The notes beneath the pieces are model-generated. The model ran no database searches, was not told where the DNA came from, and worked only from the letters and a program-made list of their open reading frames with translations. Positions 8,262 through 17,226 of a DNA stretch of 64,000 nucleotides are shown here, piece after piece (position 1 is the stretch's first letter; every line of letters starts with the position of its first letter). A program made the position numbers and the translations under genes. This DNA is from a virus: positions 29,508 through 93,507 of IMG/VR virus record IMGVR_UViG_3300046665_000589; one strand, 5' to 3'.

Positions 8262-10025
8262 TTAGGAGAGAACTCGGCCGATGCGCTGCTGCATGCGCGC
8301 GGCCAGCGCCTGGGTGGGGGACTGCTTATCGACGACTTTCAGCGCGACTGCCATCGGGAAGGTGCCAAAGCTCATGTTATGCGAGGCTACCGGCGCCAGC
8401 TCGCAGGCCACGTGCAGGTAGCCCAAGGCGTGCATGTAGTGGTCCTGGCCCTCGTTGGACTTGACCCAGGTCCAGACCAGGTCCATCAGCGAATTCATGA
8501 TCTGCTTGCGTTTCATGTCCAGGCAGTGCTCGACGAACAGGTCGTCCTCGGCGGTGCCGTCGGCCTGCCACAGGATCATGCCGGCCTTGATCTTGAACAT
8601 CACCTCGTCGAAGTTGACGTCGCGGTGGATCTTGGCCTGGTTGATCGGCAGCTTGCCCTCGGCCGGCTCGGCGCCGACCATCACCAGTTCGTAGGTGGCC
8701 AGCTTCTTGTTGCTGTGGTAGACGCCGCCGTACAGGTTCTTGTCGGTCTTTTGCAGCTGGTGCACCAGGTAGGTCTCGGGCTGGCTGTCGATGACCGTCA
8801 TTAAGACCCGAAACTGCTTCTTCAGCTCGTTCTTGCGGGTCGGCAGCTTGGCCAGCAGCACGCGCTCCTTGTGCACCACCAACAAGCGCCCAAGCTCGTC
8901 CTTGCGGCCGACCGCCACCGTGCACATCTGGCCGACGTCGATGCCCATGTTGTGCAGGCTGTTGGAGGCCAGCACGCCGTCGGTGAATTTGCAGGCGGTC
9001 AGGTCGCTGCGAGTGAGCTGGCTCTCGGACTCGTTGGCGGTCTCGCCCAGCGCCTGGTTGACGAACTCGGCCCAGGTCTTGTACTTGGTGATTTCCTGCA
9101 CCAGCGAGGGCACGGTGACCACGTTGGGCACGTCGAACGGGGTGACGTAGTAGCCGATCGCCTCGAAGTTGTCGTTCGGGTTCTCGCAGATCCAGGCGCG
9201 GTGCTCCGGCGCCAGGCTGGGCTCCTCGTCGCAGTGCGGGCAGTGCAGGCGCGCGTGCTGCCAGTCGATGGTCGGCAGGTTGTACTTGGTGATGTCGCGC
9301 AGGCGCCCGCTGTAGCCGGGGATCTTGACGTCGGTGTGAAAGCTCGGCACGAAGGTGTGGCTGCAATGGTGGCAGATCACCGCGCGGCGGTAACGCATCG
9401 CGCTCTTCATGTCCAGCGCGATGCCGTCGTCGTCGATGGTCGGGGTGCCGAACTTGCGGGTCAGCTTGTAGCGCGAGTGCTTGATGCGCGACTGGTACTG
9501 GCCCAAGGCGTCCGGATCTGAGCGGTCGACCTCGTCGTGGATCAGCATGTCGGCCGGCACCGAGATGGCCGAGGTCGTGCCCGAGCAGCCGCGGGTGTAC
9601 AAGAGGCTGGTGCCGATGCCCTTGATCTCGCTGTTGTCGAGGTCGCGGTCGACCACCTCGCGCAAGTCGGGCGACTCGTCGATAATCGGGGTCAGGCGGG
9701 TCTTGGAGAAGTTGGCCGAGTCGGCCGCGAACGGCATCGTCAGGATCACCGAGAAGTACGGCATCACGCGGCAGATCGCCAGCGCATAGCGCGCCATCGC
9801 CTCGGACATGCCGATCTGGGCGCACTTCTGGACGTACACCACGCGGCTGGTGTCGGACAGAATGTCCTTCTGGAATTCGTGGTCGACGAAGGAGAAGCGG
9901 TTGCCCTTGAGGTAGGTCTTGTCCTCGAGATAGCGCACGACGTCGCCCAGGTCGTAGCTGTTGAACAGCGCCGTTTCCAGGCGCGTCAGGTGGGCCCGGA
10001 TTTCGGGATCGTCGACCAGGTTCAT
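8262..10025 (-). CDS. terL: Terminase large subunit, lambda gpA type
   Basis: KCAQIGMSE Walker A variant, LIHDEVD Walker B, GTPT, CHHC/CPHC Zn motifs, GIDVG nuclease motif, DHYMHA. Confidence 0.9.
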   Translation of the reverse strand: MNLVDDPEIRAHLTRLETALFNSYDLGDVVRYLEDKTYLKGNRFSFVDHEFQKDILSDTSRVVYVQKCAQIGMSEAMARYALAICRVMPYFSVILTMPFAADSANFSKTRLTPIIDESPDLREVVDRDLDNSEIKGIGTSLLYTRGCSGTTSAISVPADMLIHDEVDRSDPDALGQYQSRIKHSRYKLTRKFGTPTIDDDGIALDMKSAMRYRRAVICHHCSHTFVPSFHTDVKIPGYSGRLRDITKYNLPTIDWQHARLHCPHCDEEPSLAPEHRAWICENPNDNFEAIGYYVTPFDVPNVVTVPSLVQEITKYKTWAEFVNQALGETANESESQLTRSDLTACKFTDGVLASNSLHNMGIDVGQMCTVAVGRKDELGRLLVVHKERVLLAKLPTRKNELKKQFRVLMTVIDSQPETYLVHQLQKTDKNLYGGVYHSNKKLATYELVMVGAEPAEGKLPINQAKIHRDVNFDEVMFKIKAGMILWQADGTAEDDLFVEHCLDMKRKQIMNSLMDLVWTWVKSNEGQDHYMHALGYLHVACELAPVASHNMSFGTFPMAVALKVVDKQSPTQALAARMQQRIGRVLS

Positions 10026-10195
10026 GGTTTGCGCGAGTTACGGAGCTCACACACGATGGCGCCGGTCAAATAGCTGACAGACAGACCAAGTAACCGATCG
10101 TTTTGTACGTCAAGGAGCATTAGTAGTATGAGCAGGGCAACCAGTGGCGTCAGGATCAGTGCCAGTTCGCGGATAGTGTCGAGGATGATGTTCAT
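10022..10195 (-). CDS. 57-aa predicted membrane protein (below ORF-track cutoff)
   Basis: MNIILDTIRELALILTPLVALLILLMLLDVQNDRLLGLSVSYLTGAIVCELRNSRKP; ATGA overlaps on both sides. Confidence 0.6.
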   Translation of the reverse strand: MNIILDTIRELALILTPLVALLILLMLLDVQNDRLLGLSVSYLTGAIVCELRNSRKP

Positions 10196-10620
10196 TTCGG
10201 CGTGCCGTCCGCGTTCAGGTAGTCGCTGTAGAGGTCGAAGAACCGGCGCTGCTGCGGCTCGGGCAGATCCTGGAGGGTCTTCATGAAGGCGGCCTCGTAG
10301 CGCTTGAGGCGCTCGGCGTCATACACCACGCCCATTAGCTTGGTCAGCTCCTTGAGCATGGCGCCGACCGAGTTGAACACCTGGGCGCGCTGGTTGGCCG
10401 GCACGTCGTCGTCGTCCTGGATCTTGGCCAGCAGGGCCTTGCCGGCGCGGTACTGCGCGCCCAGCTCGTCGCCCATGTTCAGGCTGCGCGGGTCCAGCTG
10501 CAGCTTCTTGTCGATCTCGTTGCGCAGGCGCAGCAGGTCGTCGTCGCTCAGGTCCTTGAGCAGGTCAACCGCGGGCGCCTTGTCGGGCTTGGGGGCCAGG
10601 CTGTGGTTTTTCAGGGTCAT
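10192..10620 (-). CDS. Putative terminase small subunit
   Basis: 142 aa helical protein upstream of terL. Confidence 0.55.
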   Translation of the reverse strand: MTLKNHSLAPKPDKAPAVDLLKDLSDDDLLRLRNEIDKKLQLDPRSLNMGDELGAQYRAGKALLAKIQDDDDVPANQRAQVFNSVGAMLKELTKLMGVVYDAERLKRYEAAFMKTLQDLPEPQQRRFFDLYSDYLNADGTPK

Positions 10621-10955
10621 GGCTTGGCGTTCCGGTAGCGGTAGATGGTGCGTTCGCTGCAGTGGGCCTGGCGCGCGGCCTCGGTCACGCTCAGGCGAGT
10701 GTCGTCGGTGGCGCGGGTGCGTGCGGCTACTTCGCGGCGCAGCGCTTCACGCGCCTCGAGCAGTTCCATTTCTTCTGGCCGTGACCGTTTGCCCTCGCGG
10801 GACGGCGGCGGCTGGCGCTGCACGTCCATTTTCTTGAGCAGGCGGCAGATGTGGCCCTCGGATACGCCCAGTTTGCGTGCGACGTCGCGGTTGGTCAGCT
10901 CGCGGCGGACGATGGCGGGGATGAGCGGCTTGAGCCGGTCGCGTAGGGTTTCCAT
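10617..10955 (-). CDS. Tandem helix-turn-helix DNA-binding protein
   Basis: LTNRDVARKLGVSEGHICRLL and LSVTEAARQAHCSERTIYRYR; ATG 10955 lies 6 nt after TTGGCA-N17-CATACT (leaderless). Confidence 0.75.
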   Translation of the reverse strand: METLRDRLKPLIPAIVRRELTNRDVARKLGVSEGHICRLLKKMDVQRQPPPSREGKRSRPEEMELLEAREALRREVAARTRATDDTRLSVTEAARQAHCSERTIYRYRNAKP

Positions 10956-10980
10956 GCAATAAGTATGCCAGCTTTGTCGG

Positions 10981-11095
10981 GATTTGCCAATTTTGTGCAA
11001 AAGTTGCGCAAAATTTTCAAAAATTTTTGAAAATCGGGTGGTTTTGGCTGTTTTGTTGCAGAAAAGCAACAAAAAGTTTGAAAAATTGCTGGAAA
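10981..11095. repeat. A/T-tract region with a perfect 22-bp palindrome (11013-11034); probable packaging/terminus zone
   Basis: ATTTTCAAAAA|TTTTTGAAAAT plus two more inverted repeats; lies at the late/early divergence next to terS. Confidence 0.6.
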
Positions 11096-11335
11096 TGGCG
11101 GAGGGACCTGGTAGGCCAGGCGCCGGCAACAGGCCAAAAGCTCCTATACGTCACCCAAGGCACGATCGGCACCGCCCGCGTGCGTTCCGTCGTCCGGGTT
11201 CGCGCGCCCCGCCACGGGCCTAAAAACGGCCTTGCTGGGCGTGGCACACTTCTTGCTTTAACCGGCCGGGCCATAGGCTAGGCCTATCAACTTGACAGTG
11301 GCCATAGCCTGGCACAGTTCATGCTTAAGCGCCGC

Positions 11336-11410
11336 TGACCAGTACAGTTACCAGTACAGTTACCAATACAGCGCCGGTACAGTGGACCAGTACAGCGGCA
11401 CTGTACGGGT
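11336..11410 (+). repeat. Tandem CCAGTACAG-like repeats (about 5 direct, 1 inverted)
   Basis: accagtacagtt accagtacagtt accaatacag cgccggtacag tggaccagtacag cggca ctgtac. Confidence 0.75.
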
Positions 11411-11634
11411 GCGCCAGCCGACCTCGCCAGCCGACCCGTGCGGCCGCACGATAGGGAAAAGCTATCACCCCGATTAATAAAATAAATTGGTAAAAGTAAG
11501 TTATTCCCGGCATACTAAGGGCTCAGTAGCGGTGCGGCTGGTCCGGCGCACCGTGGGCGCTAGCTTTTGCCCCTGTAGTTTCCCATAACCGTTGTCCGGC
11601 GCACTGTGCGCCATCTATCCAAGGAGCCCTTACC

Positions 11635-12330
11635 ATGAAACTCACCCACATCTCCGCTGTCCTGTTGTCGCAATTCGTCGCTGCCGATGCCGGTTCAGTC
11701 GAAGCGCAACACGATGCCCGCTTGTGCGCCGTCTATACCGCCTACCGCACCGCCCTCAAGGACGGCAACAAAACCCAGCTGATGCTTGTGCAGGCCGCGT
11801 GCGACAAGTACGCCACGCCCAAGGCTTGCTTGGAACTGGTTGGCGCGGCCAAGGTCAACGCCGCTGCGCGCCGCGCCCATGCCACTTATGCAGCCTACAG
11901 GCTGGCGCTGGCGCAGGTTGGCATTCCGTCGCTGATGAAGGGCGCGGACATTGACGCGGTCGAAGCGCAGGCGGCGGCGCTGGCCGGGGAATTCGTCGAA
12001 GTCATCACGGTAGCGCTGACGCCCGAAACCAAGCCGGAAGCATCGGCAGAAGAAAAGGCAGCGGCCAAGGCCGCCAAGGAAGCGGAAAAGGCCAAGGCCG
12101 CGAAGGAAGCGGAGAAAGCGCACCGTGCGGAGGTGCAGGCAGCGGCGCAGAAGATCGCCGAAACCAACGCGCTGACCTTGGACGACATGGCGCGCGCCGT
12201 CATCAACGCCATGCGCGCCGGTGCGCTGTCGGCGGAACTGTTGCAGGAGCTCGACAGCGCGCTGGACGCAGTGGCCGCTACGGTCGTGCCGGTTGTCGTC
12301 AAAGTCGAGCCGGAACACGCCCCGACCTGA
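11635..12330 (+). CDS. First early gene, Ala/Lys/Glu-rich hypothetical protein
   Basis: AAGGAG RBS; AT-rich promoter-like region ending CATACT at ~11511. Confidence 0.75.
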   Translation: MKLTHISAVLLSQFVAADAGSVEAQHDARLCAVYTAYRTALKDGNKTQLMLVQAACDKYATPKACLELVGAAKVNAAARRAHATYAAYRLALAQVGIPSLMKGADIDAVEAQAAALAGEFVEVITVALTPETKPEASAEEKAAAKAAKEAEKAKAAKEAEKAHRAEVQAAAQKIAETNALTLDDMARAVINAMRAGALSAELLQELDSALDAVAATVVPVVVKVEPEHAPT

Positions 12331-12336
12331 TCCGCT

Positions 12337-13040
12337 TGCCCCGCATGGGGCATTTACCAAGGGCCGCGCGCCCTTGGTAAGTGTCTCAAGTCCAAGCATA
12401 GCGCTTGGCCGCGTCGGGTTCCCGCTTCGCTGGCGTCGCTTCGCCACTGTCGCGTGTCTCCTTCGTGTCGCTCTTAGCTGGCAGCAGTCGCGCCAGCAGA
12501 CAATTTGATCCCGCCAACCTGACGCCAGTCGCGCCAGTGTCGCGCCCTTGCTTCGCGCCGTTTCCCTCGGTAGCGTCGCTTGGAGCGCTTCATGGGCAAC
12601 GCTGGCAGGGCGCGGGAATTGAAGCTTAAAAGCAAGAGTAGATATCGGTACAGTCAGCTAGATGAACGATGATATCGGATTGCGGAGCATAGAGCATTGA
12701 CGCGGGCAGCAACTAGGCCAGCGCACAGCGCGCCGACAGTGATACGGTCGGCTACAGGGTGGGCCAGCAAGGTCATACCGCAGCGCGTAGATGCCTGATC
12801 CTTCGGGAGCTAAACCGGCCACACCGGGCACGCAAATAACGCTAGTCACTGGACACATTCGATCCTTGCCAAGGCCAGCCACATCGGCTGGCAAATCCTA
12901 GACGGCATGCAAGCCGGACTAGGCCGCGATGAGCGGGACCGCTTTGGCAAGCGGCCATACGCCTTGCCCTCCCCGGCGTCGAAATAGGGGAGGGGGAATA
13001 CCCTGCGCATTGTGGACTGTTCAGTGCGCAGTCATTCCAG
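12337..13040 (+). ncRNA. Candidate large structured non-coding RNA or structured leader
   Basis: ~700 nt without a credible ORF; long hairpins, a multibranch junction (12865-12951) and an H-type pseudoknot (12959-12994). Confidence 0.5.
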
Positions 13041-13053
13041 ACAGGAGGACCAC

Positions 13054-13362
13054 ATGGACCTGCAATCGGCCTTGCGCGGCATCCTGCCGCAGATCACGCC
13101 AGCAACACCGGCAGCACCGGCCAAACCGAAGGCGAAGGCGAAGGCGAAGGCGAAGGCGAAACTGCCGCGGCGCCTGGCCGTCGGTAGTTTCGACTGCGGC
13201 CGCAAGGCGTTCGACACTACCGGCACGGTCGGCCGCTTCGACCCGAGCCGGCCGCCGCCGGTGCACCCGCCCGGCTATTCCGAGCACCGGTGCGACCCGC
13301 ACCGCATCCACCTGAGCACCACCCGCGCGCTGCGCCTGTGGTCGAAAACCGAAGTCAAATAG
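13054..13362 (+). CDS. Basic hypothetical protein with a (KA)n run
   Basis: AGGAGG RBS; (GAAGGC)5 in-frame repeat. Confidence 0.65.
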   Translation: MDLQSALRGILPQITPATPAAPAKPKAKAKAKAKAKLPRRLAVGSFDCGRKAFDTTGTVGRFDPSRPPPVHPPGYSEHRCDPHRIHLSTTRALRLWSKTEVK

Positions 13363-13371
13363 GAGAACATC

Positions 13372-13566
13372 ATGAAACGCATCACCGTTTTCGGCTTTGC
13401 CGTGATCCACGCGGCGCTGCTGCTGTTGCTGGACCAGATCGCCAGCGAGAATTTCCTGGGCTACGGCCTGCTGCTGCGCGGGCTGGTCATGGTCATGCTC
13501 GCGGCCGATGTCGTGGTCGCCTACGAGGCGCTGCGCGGGCTGTGGCGGGCCGAGGTGCGGGCATGA
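13372..13566 (+). CDS. Small membrane protein
   Basis: AGGAG RBS; two hydrophobic segments. Confidence 0.6.
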   Translation: MKRITVFGFAVIHAALLLLLDQIASENFLGYGLLLRGLVMVMLAADVVVAYEALRGLWRAEVRA

Positions 13567-13724
13567 ACCGCGGCCTGGCGGTGGGTTTGCTGATGCTGGC
13601 CTGCATGGCGGTACCGGCGCTGTTGCGGTTGCTGTAGAGTAAGGACAGGGGCGGTGTCGGTTTCGATTGAAACACGCCCCTGTTCGATGTAAGTTATTTA
13701 AACCAAAATAAAAGGGGAAATTGT

Positions 13725-13922
13725 ATGTACAAAGCACGCAAAATGCTGCCCAAGGAATTGCAGGCAGCAGACAACAAAGGTCGCCAGCGCGTTTTCTGCG
13801 TTGAGCACGACAGCGGCAAGGTTGTCAGGGCTAACCTGACTTGGCCGGAGGCCTGCACGGAGGCGCGCGCCCGCACGCGCAACGAGGTCGAGCGCAGCTT
13901 CGCCGACCTCTGCCCGGCCTAG
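13725..13922 (+). CDS. Hypothetical protein
   Basis: AGGGG RBS after an AT-rich tract; ends just before the ribozyme. Confidence 0.6.
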   Translation: MYKARKMLPKELQAADNKGRQRVFCVEHDSGKVVRANLTWPEACTEARARTRNEVERSFADLCPA

Positions 13923-13924
13923 CA

Positions 13925-13979
13925 GGACGAAACCCGGCCGCGCGCCGGGTCTGTGCGTGTGACGCACACTGACGAGTCC
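13925..13979 (+). ncRNA. Type II hammerhead ribozyme
   Basis: GGAC-GAAA-CCCGGC(cgcgc)GCCGGG-UC^-UGUGCGU(gug)ACGCACA-CUGACGA-GUCC: all core nucleotides and three stems present, open at stem II. Confidence 0.92.
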
Positions 13980-13998
13980 ACCCACCACGGAGCCCACC

Positions 13999-14298
13999 AT
14001 GACCACCCAAATCACCACCTTCAACACCGGCCGCCAGTACAGCGACAAGGGTCAGCGCATCGCCTGCGCGCTGCTGCCCGACGGGCGCGTGATGTTCGCC
14101 GACGTCGACCGCAACCTCGACGGCATCACGCAGGGCGCCATTGCGCCCGGCTTGCAGGCCGGCGCCGACCTGCGCGAGTTCGTGATGAACTCGTACGACT
14201 ATGGCGCGTACAACAGCGGCTGCCACGAGTGCACCAGCGGACAGGCCGCCCGCGACCAGATGATGGCCGAACTCAAGGCCGCAGCACTGAAGCTGTAA
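13999..14298 (+). CDS. Hypothetical phage protein (FNTGRQYSDKGQRI motif)
   Basis: GGAG-CCCACC-ATG start immediately 3' of the ribozyme. Confidence 0.75.
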   Translation: MTTQITTFNTGRQYSDKGQRIACALLPDGRVMFADVDRNLDGITQGAIAPGLQAGADLREFVMNSYDYGAYNSGCHECTSGQAARDQMMAELKAAALKL

Positions 14299-14390
14299 CC
14301 AGACAGCAACACCCGAGCAACAAGGCCGCCGCGAGCGGCCATTTTTACGCCACCATGAAGACACTCATCCAAAAAATACAGGGAGGCATC

Positions 14391-15469
14391 ATGCATCACC
14401 TGCTGTCGGAGCGCCTGCCGCGCCCCATGCCCACCGGCGAGAACCACCTGACCCCGCTCGACCAATTCACCATCACCGCAGGCACCACGCCGTTCGCACT
14501 GTGCAAGCAGCACGGCCACTACGACATCGTCATCAACCTTGAGCTCGAGGTGGGCTATTTCCGCCACCAGAAGGGCCTGTACGAGGGCCGCTTCTGGCTG
14601 GCCGGGCGCACCTTCCTGGCAGCCGAGCACCTGCTGCCGCGCGACGTGCAGAGCGGCCTGGCCAAGCTCGGCTACGAGGTGGCGTGATGAGCGCCGCCCG
14701 ACTTTTCCGCGGCGAGGCCCGCGAAGACATCCTCTTCCACGATGTCGCCGTCTGCCACTATTTCAGGTTCCGCGGCCACGTGTATGAGAAAGTCAGCACC
14801 GACAAGGGTCGCCCTTGGGGTTGCGGCGAGCGCGAAATTCGCACGTTTGCAGCCGACGACATCGTGCAGGTGGCGAAATGAACCCCGACTATGCCAACCT
14901 GTTTCTGCTGACCGACGCGCTCAAGCGTCTGTTCGCAGCCGAGTTCAAGGGTGAAGGCAGCCAGCGCCGCGCGATCGCCGAGTACGACTCGACCCGCGCG
15001 CGCGTCCAGAAGGTCAACCCGGAAGCCTTCACCGCGTTCTGCCAAGCCTTTATGGTGCGGCCGGACGCCACCGGCGCTGACATCCTCAAGGGAGGCTCGT
15101 GATGTTGGCCTTCGTTAGTCCTGGCAGGTGGCGCATCCCTGCGTGGAAGGGCGCCTTCGCCGTGCGCGTGCACCGCCGCCCAGCCGCATGGGAATTGCAG
15201 GACGCGCAAGGTCGCCTCACCTTCGGTGACGGCTTCGAGTCGCTCGCGCACCTGCGCGCCTGGCTGAAGGAGGCAGCATGAAACGCGCCGCCATCGCCTT
15301 CAAGCACATCGGCATTGGCCAGTGCTTCACCTGCGAGCTCCAGGTCTGGACCAAGCTCAACGAGCAGGAGGCCAGCTCGGACACCTGCCGCGCCACCTTC
15401 CCGCCCGACCACCCGGTTACTCAGGGCACCACCGTGCCGTCACCACGGAAGCCCCAGACCTCGCGGTAG
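14391..15469 (+). other. Five small coupled hypothetical CDSs (14391-14687, 14684-14881, 14878-15102, 15099-15281, 15278-15469)
   Basis: ATGA/GTGA overlaps and RBS motifs. Confidence 0.65.
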
Positions 15470-16137
15470 GTAGGCTGGAACACGAAGCGCACCGCGCCTG
15501 CCTTCCACTTGCGCAGGCGCTGCAGATAATCATCGGCCACGTGGCAGGCCACTGGCACGCTGACCCACGCGCCCTCGTACCAGTGCCACTCCATGCCCTC
15601 TACCGGGGCCGGGCGCGGCGGCAACCCCGACGCCTTGCGGCTGGCGCTGCGCGGCCTGCGCACCTTCGTCAGCACAGGCGGAGGCACCTCGACGCCGCGG
15701 CGCAGCTCGCGCTCTTCGGCCTCGATCGCCAGCACGTGGTGCAGGTCCTGCATGTAGTAGTCGCGCGCGTGCGCCTGCCAGTTGAGCAGGCACTGCTCCG
15801 GCGTGCTAAAGCCCATCTTCTCCAGCGGGTGGTAGAACTTGCCGCCGCGCGCGGTCTCGCGGTAGCGCAGCCGCTTATGGCGGGCCGGCATCAGGTTGTC
15901 GATCGAGCAGTTGAAAGGGTTGCCGTCCAGCTGCACCAGCGGGAACTTCGGCCAGTTGCCGTAGTGCAGGCACCAGGCGATATCCGGCGCCGCAAGCCGC
16001 TCGCCGTTGATCGTCGCCCACAAGCGGCCGGCGGTCACATAGGACAATTCTTGGTAGGACTTGTCCGCAAGGATGCGGTAAATCGACTTCGAGCCCGTAA
16101 AGTAGTGCGGAACATGCTCAGCAGGTAGGTTATACAT
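15421..16137 (-). CDS. HNH_3-like protein with a degenerate active site
   Basis: APDIAWCLHYGNWPKFPLVQLDGNPFNCSIDNL matches the HRLAW..HYG.WP...IDHIDGNP.NN.I.NL pattern, but the catalytic DH reads VQ. Confidence 0.65.
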   Translation of the reverse strand: MYNLPAEHVPHYFTGSKSIYRILADKSYQELSYVTAGRLWATINGERLAAPDIAWCLHYGNWPKFPLVQLDGNPFNCSIDNLMPARHKRLRYRETARGGKFYHPLEKMGFSTPEQCLLNWQAHARDYYMQDLHHVLAIEAEERELRRGVEVPPPVLTKVRRPRSASRKASGLPPRPAPVEGMEWHWYEGAWVSVPVACHVADDYLQRLRKWKAGAVRFVFQPTYREVWGFRGDGTVVP

Positions 16138-16139
16138 GG

Positions 16140-16690
16140 CAGTCTTATATAAGAGTGGAAGAAATACCACAGTACGAAAGTGGTAAGTCGTATTGTACTC
16201 CGCAAGCCTCTAGAGGGCAAGTAAGACTGTATGTAAGTCAGTATTCTACTAACTATGGTCGCATTACCCTCCCGTCAAAATTTGCCAATGGGTCATTTTC
16301 GTTTTTTCGTGATTTTTGGCCTTTTTCCGTTTTTTACCAACTTATTTTGCCCGTTTTTGGCCCACTTTTTGGCCGTACTTGCGTTTTGGCTTGCTTATAG
16401 CGTTTTTAAAAATCCCTCTCAGTTTGGTATAAAAGCCACGTAAGTGTGTGCAATGTCAGTTCAGTTATATTGACAGGGTCCGAACTGCTCAAACTTACGT
16501 GCGAGCTTATATAACTTACTTTGTCAAACTTTCGCACTTTTTGCCGGAGTTAGAAAAACAACTTGTATTGCCTTGCAAAAATGTTGTCAAAAAGTCTTGC
16601 ATTATCACCCAACATTTCGGCCTCTTACAGCACCCGCTTAAGTGCTGTTATTTTATTCCCAGCTACTTTGGTATTTTTTTGGAGCTCTTA
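16140..16690. other. AT-rich non-coding tract with phased T-tracts and an inverted repeat (16437-16501); candidate origin unwinding region
   Basis: Sharp GC drop; repeated TTTT(T)G(G/C)CC; CACGTAAGTgTGtGCA...TGCtCAaACTTACGTG. Confidence 0.55.
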
Positions 16691-16691
16691 C

Positions 16692-16898
16692 ATGTTGAAA
16701 AATTTGTTCCGTCCGCCTTCTCCGGAGGCTGTTCGCCACGAAATGATTGCCGAAACAGCAAGACAGCTACTGCACGCCGAGGGACGCTTGCGCCAGGCCC
16801 AGGCCGACCGCGACACCTATGACCAGCTGCTGACCCACCTGAAAAGCCTTAATTTTCAAGGACTTAGCTCGGAGGCCGCTGTCAATGACAGTCAATGA
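16692..16898 (+). CDS. Small coiled-coil hypothetical protein
   Basis: GGAG RBS; MLKNLFRPPSPEAVRHEMIAETARQLL; ends inside the repeat array. Confidence 0.55.
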   Translation: MLKNLFRPPSPEAVRHEMIAETARQLLHAEGRLRQAQADRDTYDQLLTHLKSLNFQGLSSEAAVNDSQ

Positions 16899-17226
16899 CA
16901 GTCAGCGATAGTCAATTCGAGTCAATGACAGTCAATACCCATCAGCCCGTCATGGGTATTGACTGTCACTGACATTGACTCGAATTGACAGTCAGTGACT
17001 GTCACTGACTCGGATTGACAGTCACTGACTACGATTGACAGCGATTGACAGCGATTGACAGCGATTGACAGAGTCATTGACAGCAATTGACAGCGATTGA
17101 CAGCGATTGACAGAGTCATTGACTGTCACTGACTACAATTGACAGCGATTGACAGCGATTGACAGCGTCATTGACTGTCAGTGACTGTCAATCGTAGTCA
17201 ATGACATTGACAGTCATTGACAGTCA
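16880..17226. repeat. 10-bp-periodic TGAC(A/T)GTCA / ATTGACAGCG array (iteron/centromere-like)
   Basis: About 15 TTGACA on the plus strand, mostly 10 bp apart; left arm inverted around ~16948. Confidence 0.9.

Noticed and set aside
12897-12923. Twister ribozyme (CAAGCCGG resemblance)
   Set aside because: Lacks the conserved GGU and the UAA cleavage context; better explained as a nested hairpin
13128-13160. Phase-variable microsatellite (GAAGGC)5
   Set aside because: A hexamer keeps the frame; it only encodes a KA run
16880-17226. CRISPR or mini-array
   Set aside because: Units are ~10 bp and contiguous with no unique spacers; no cas genes
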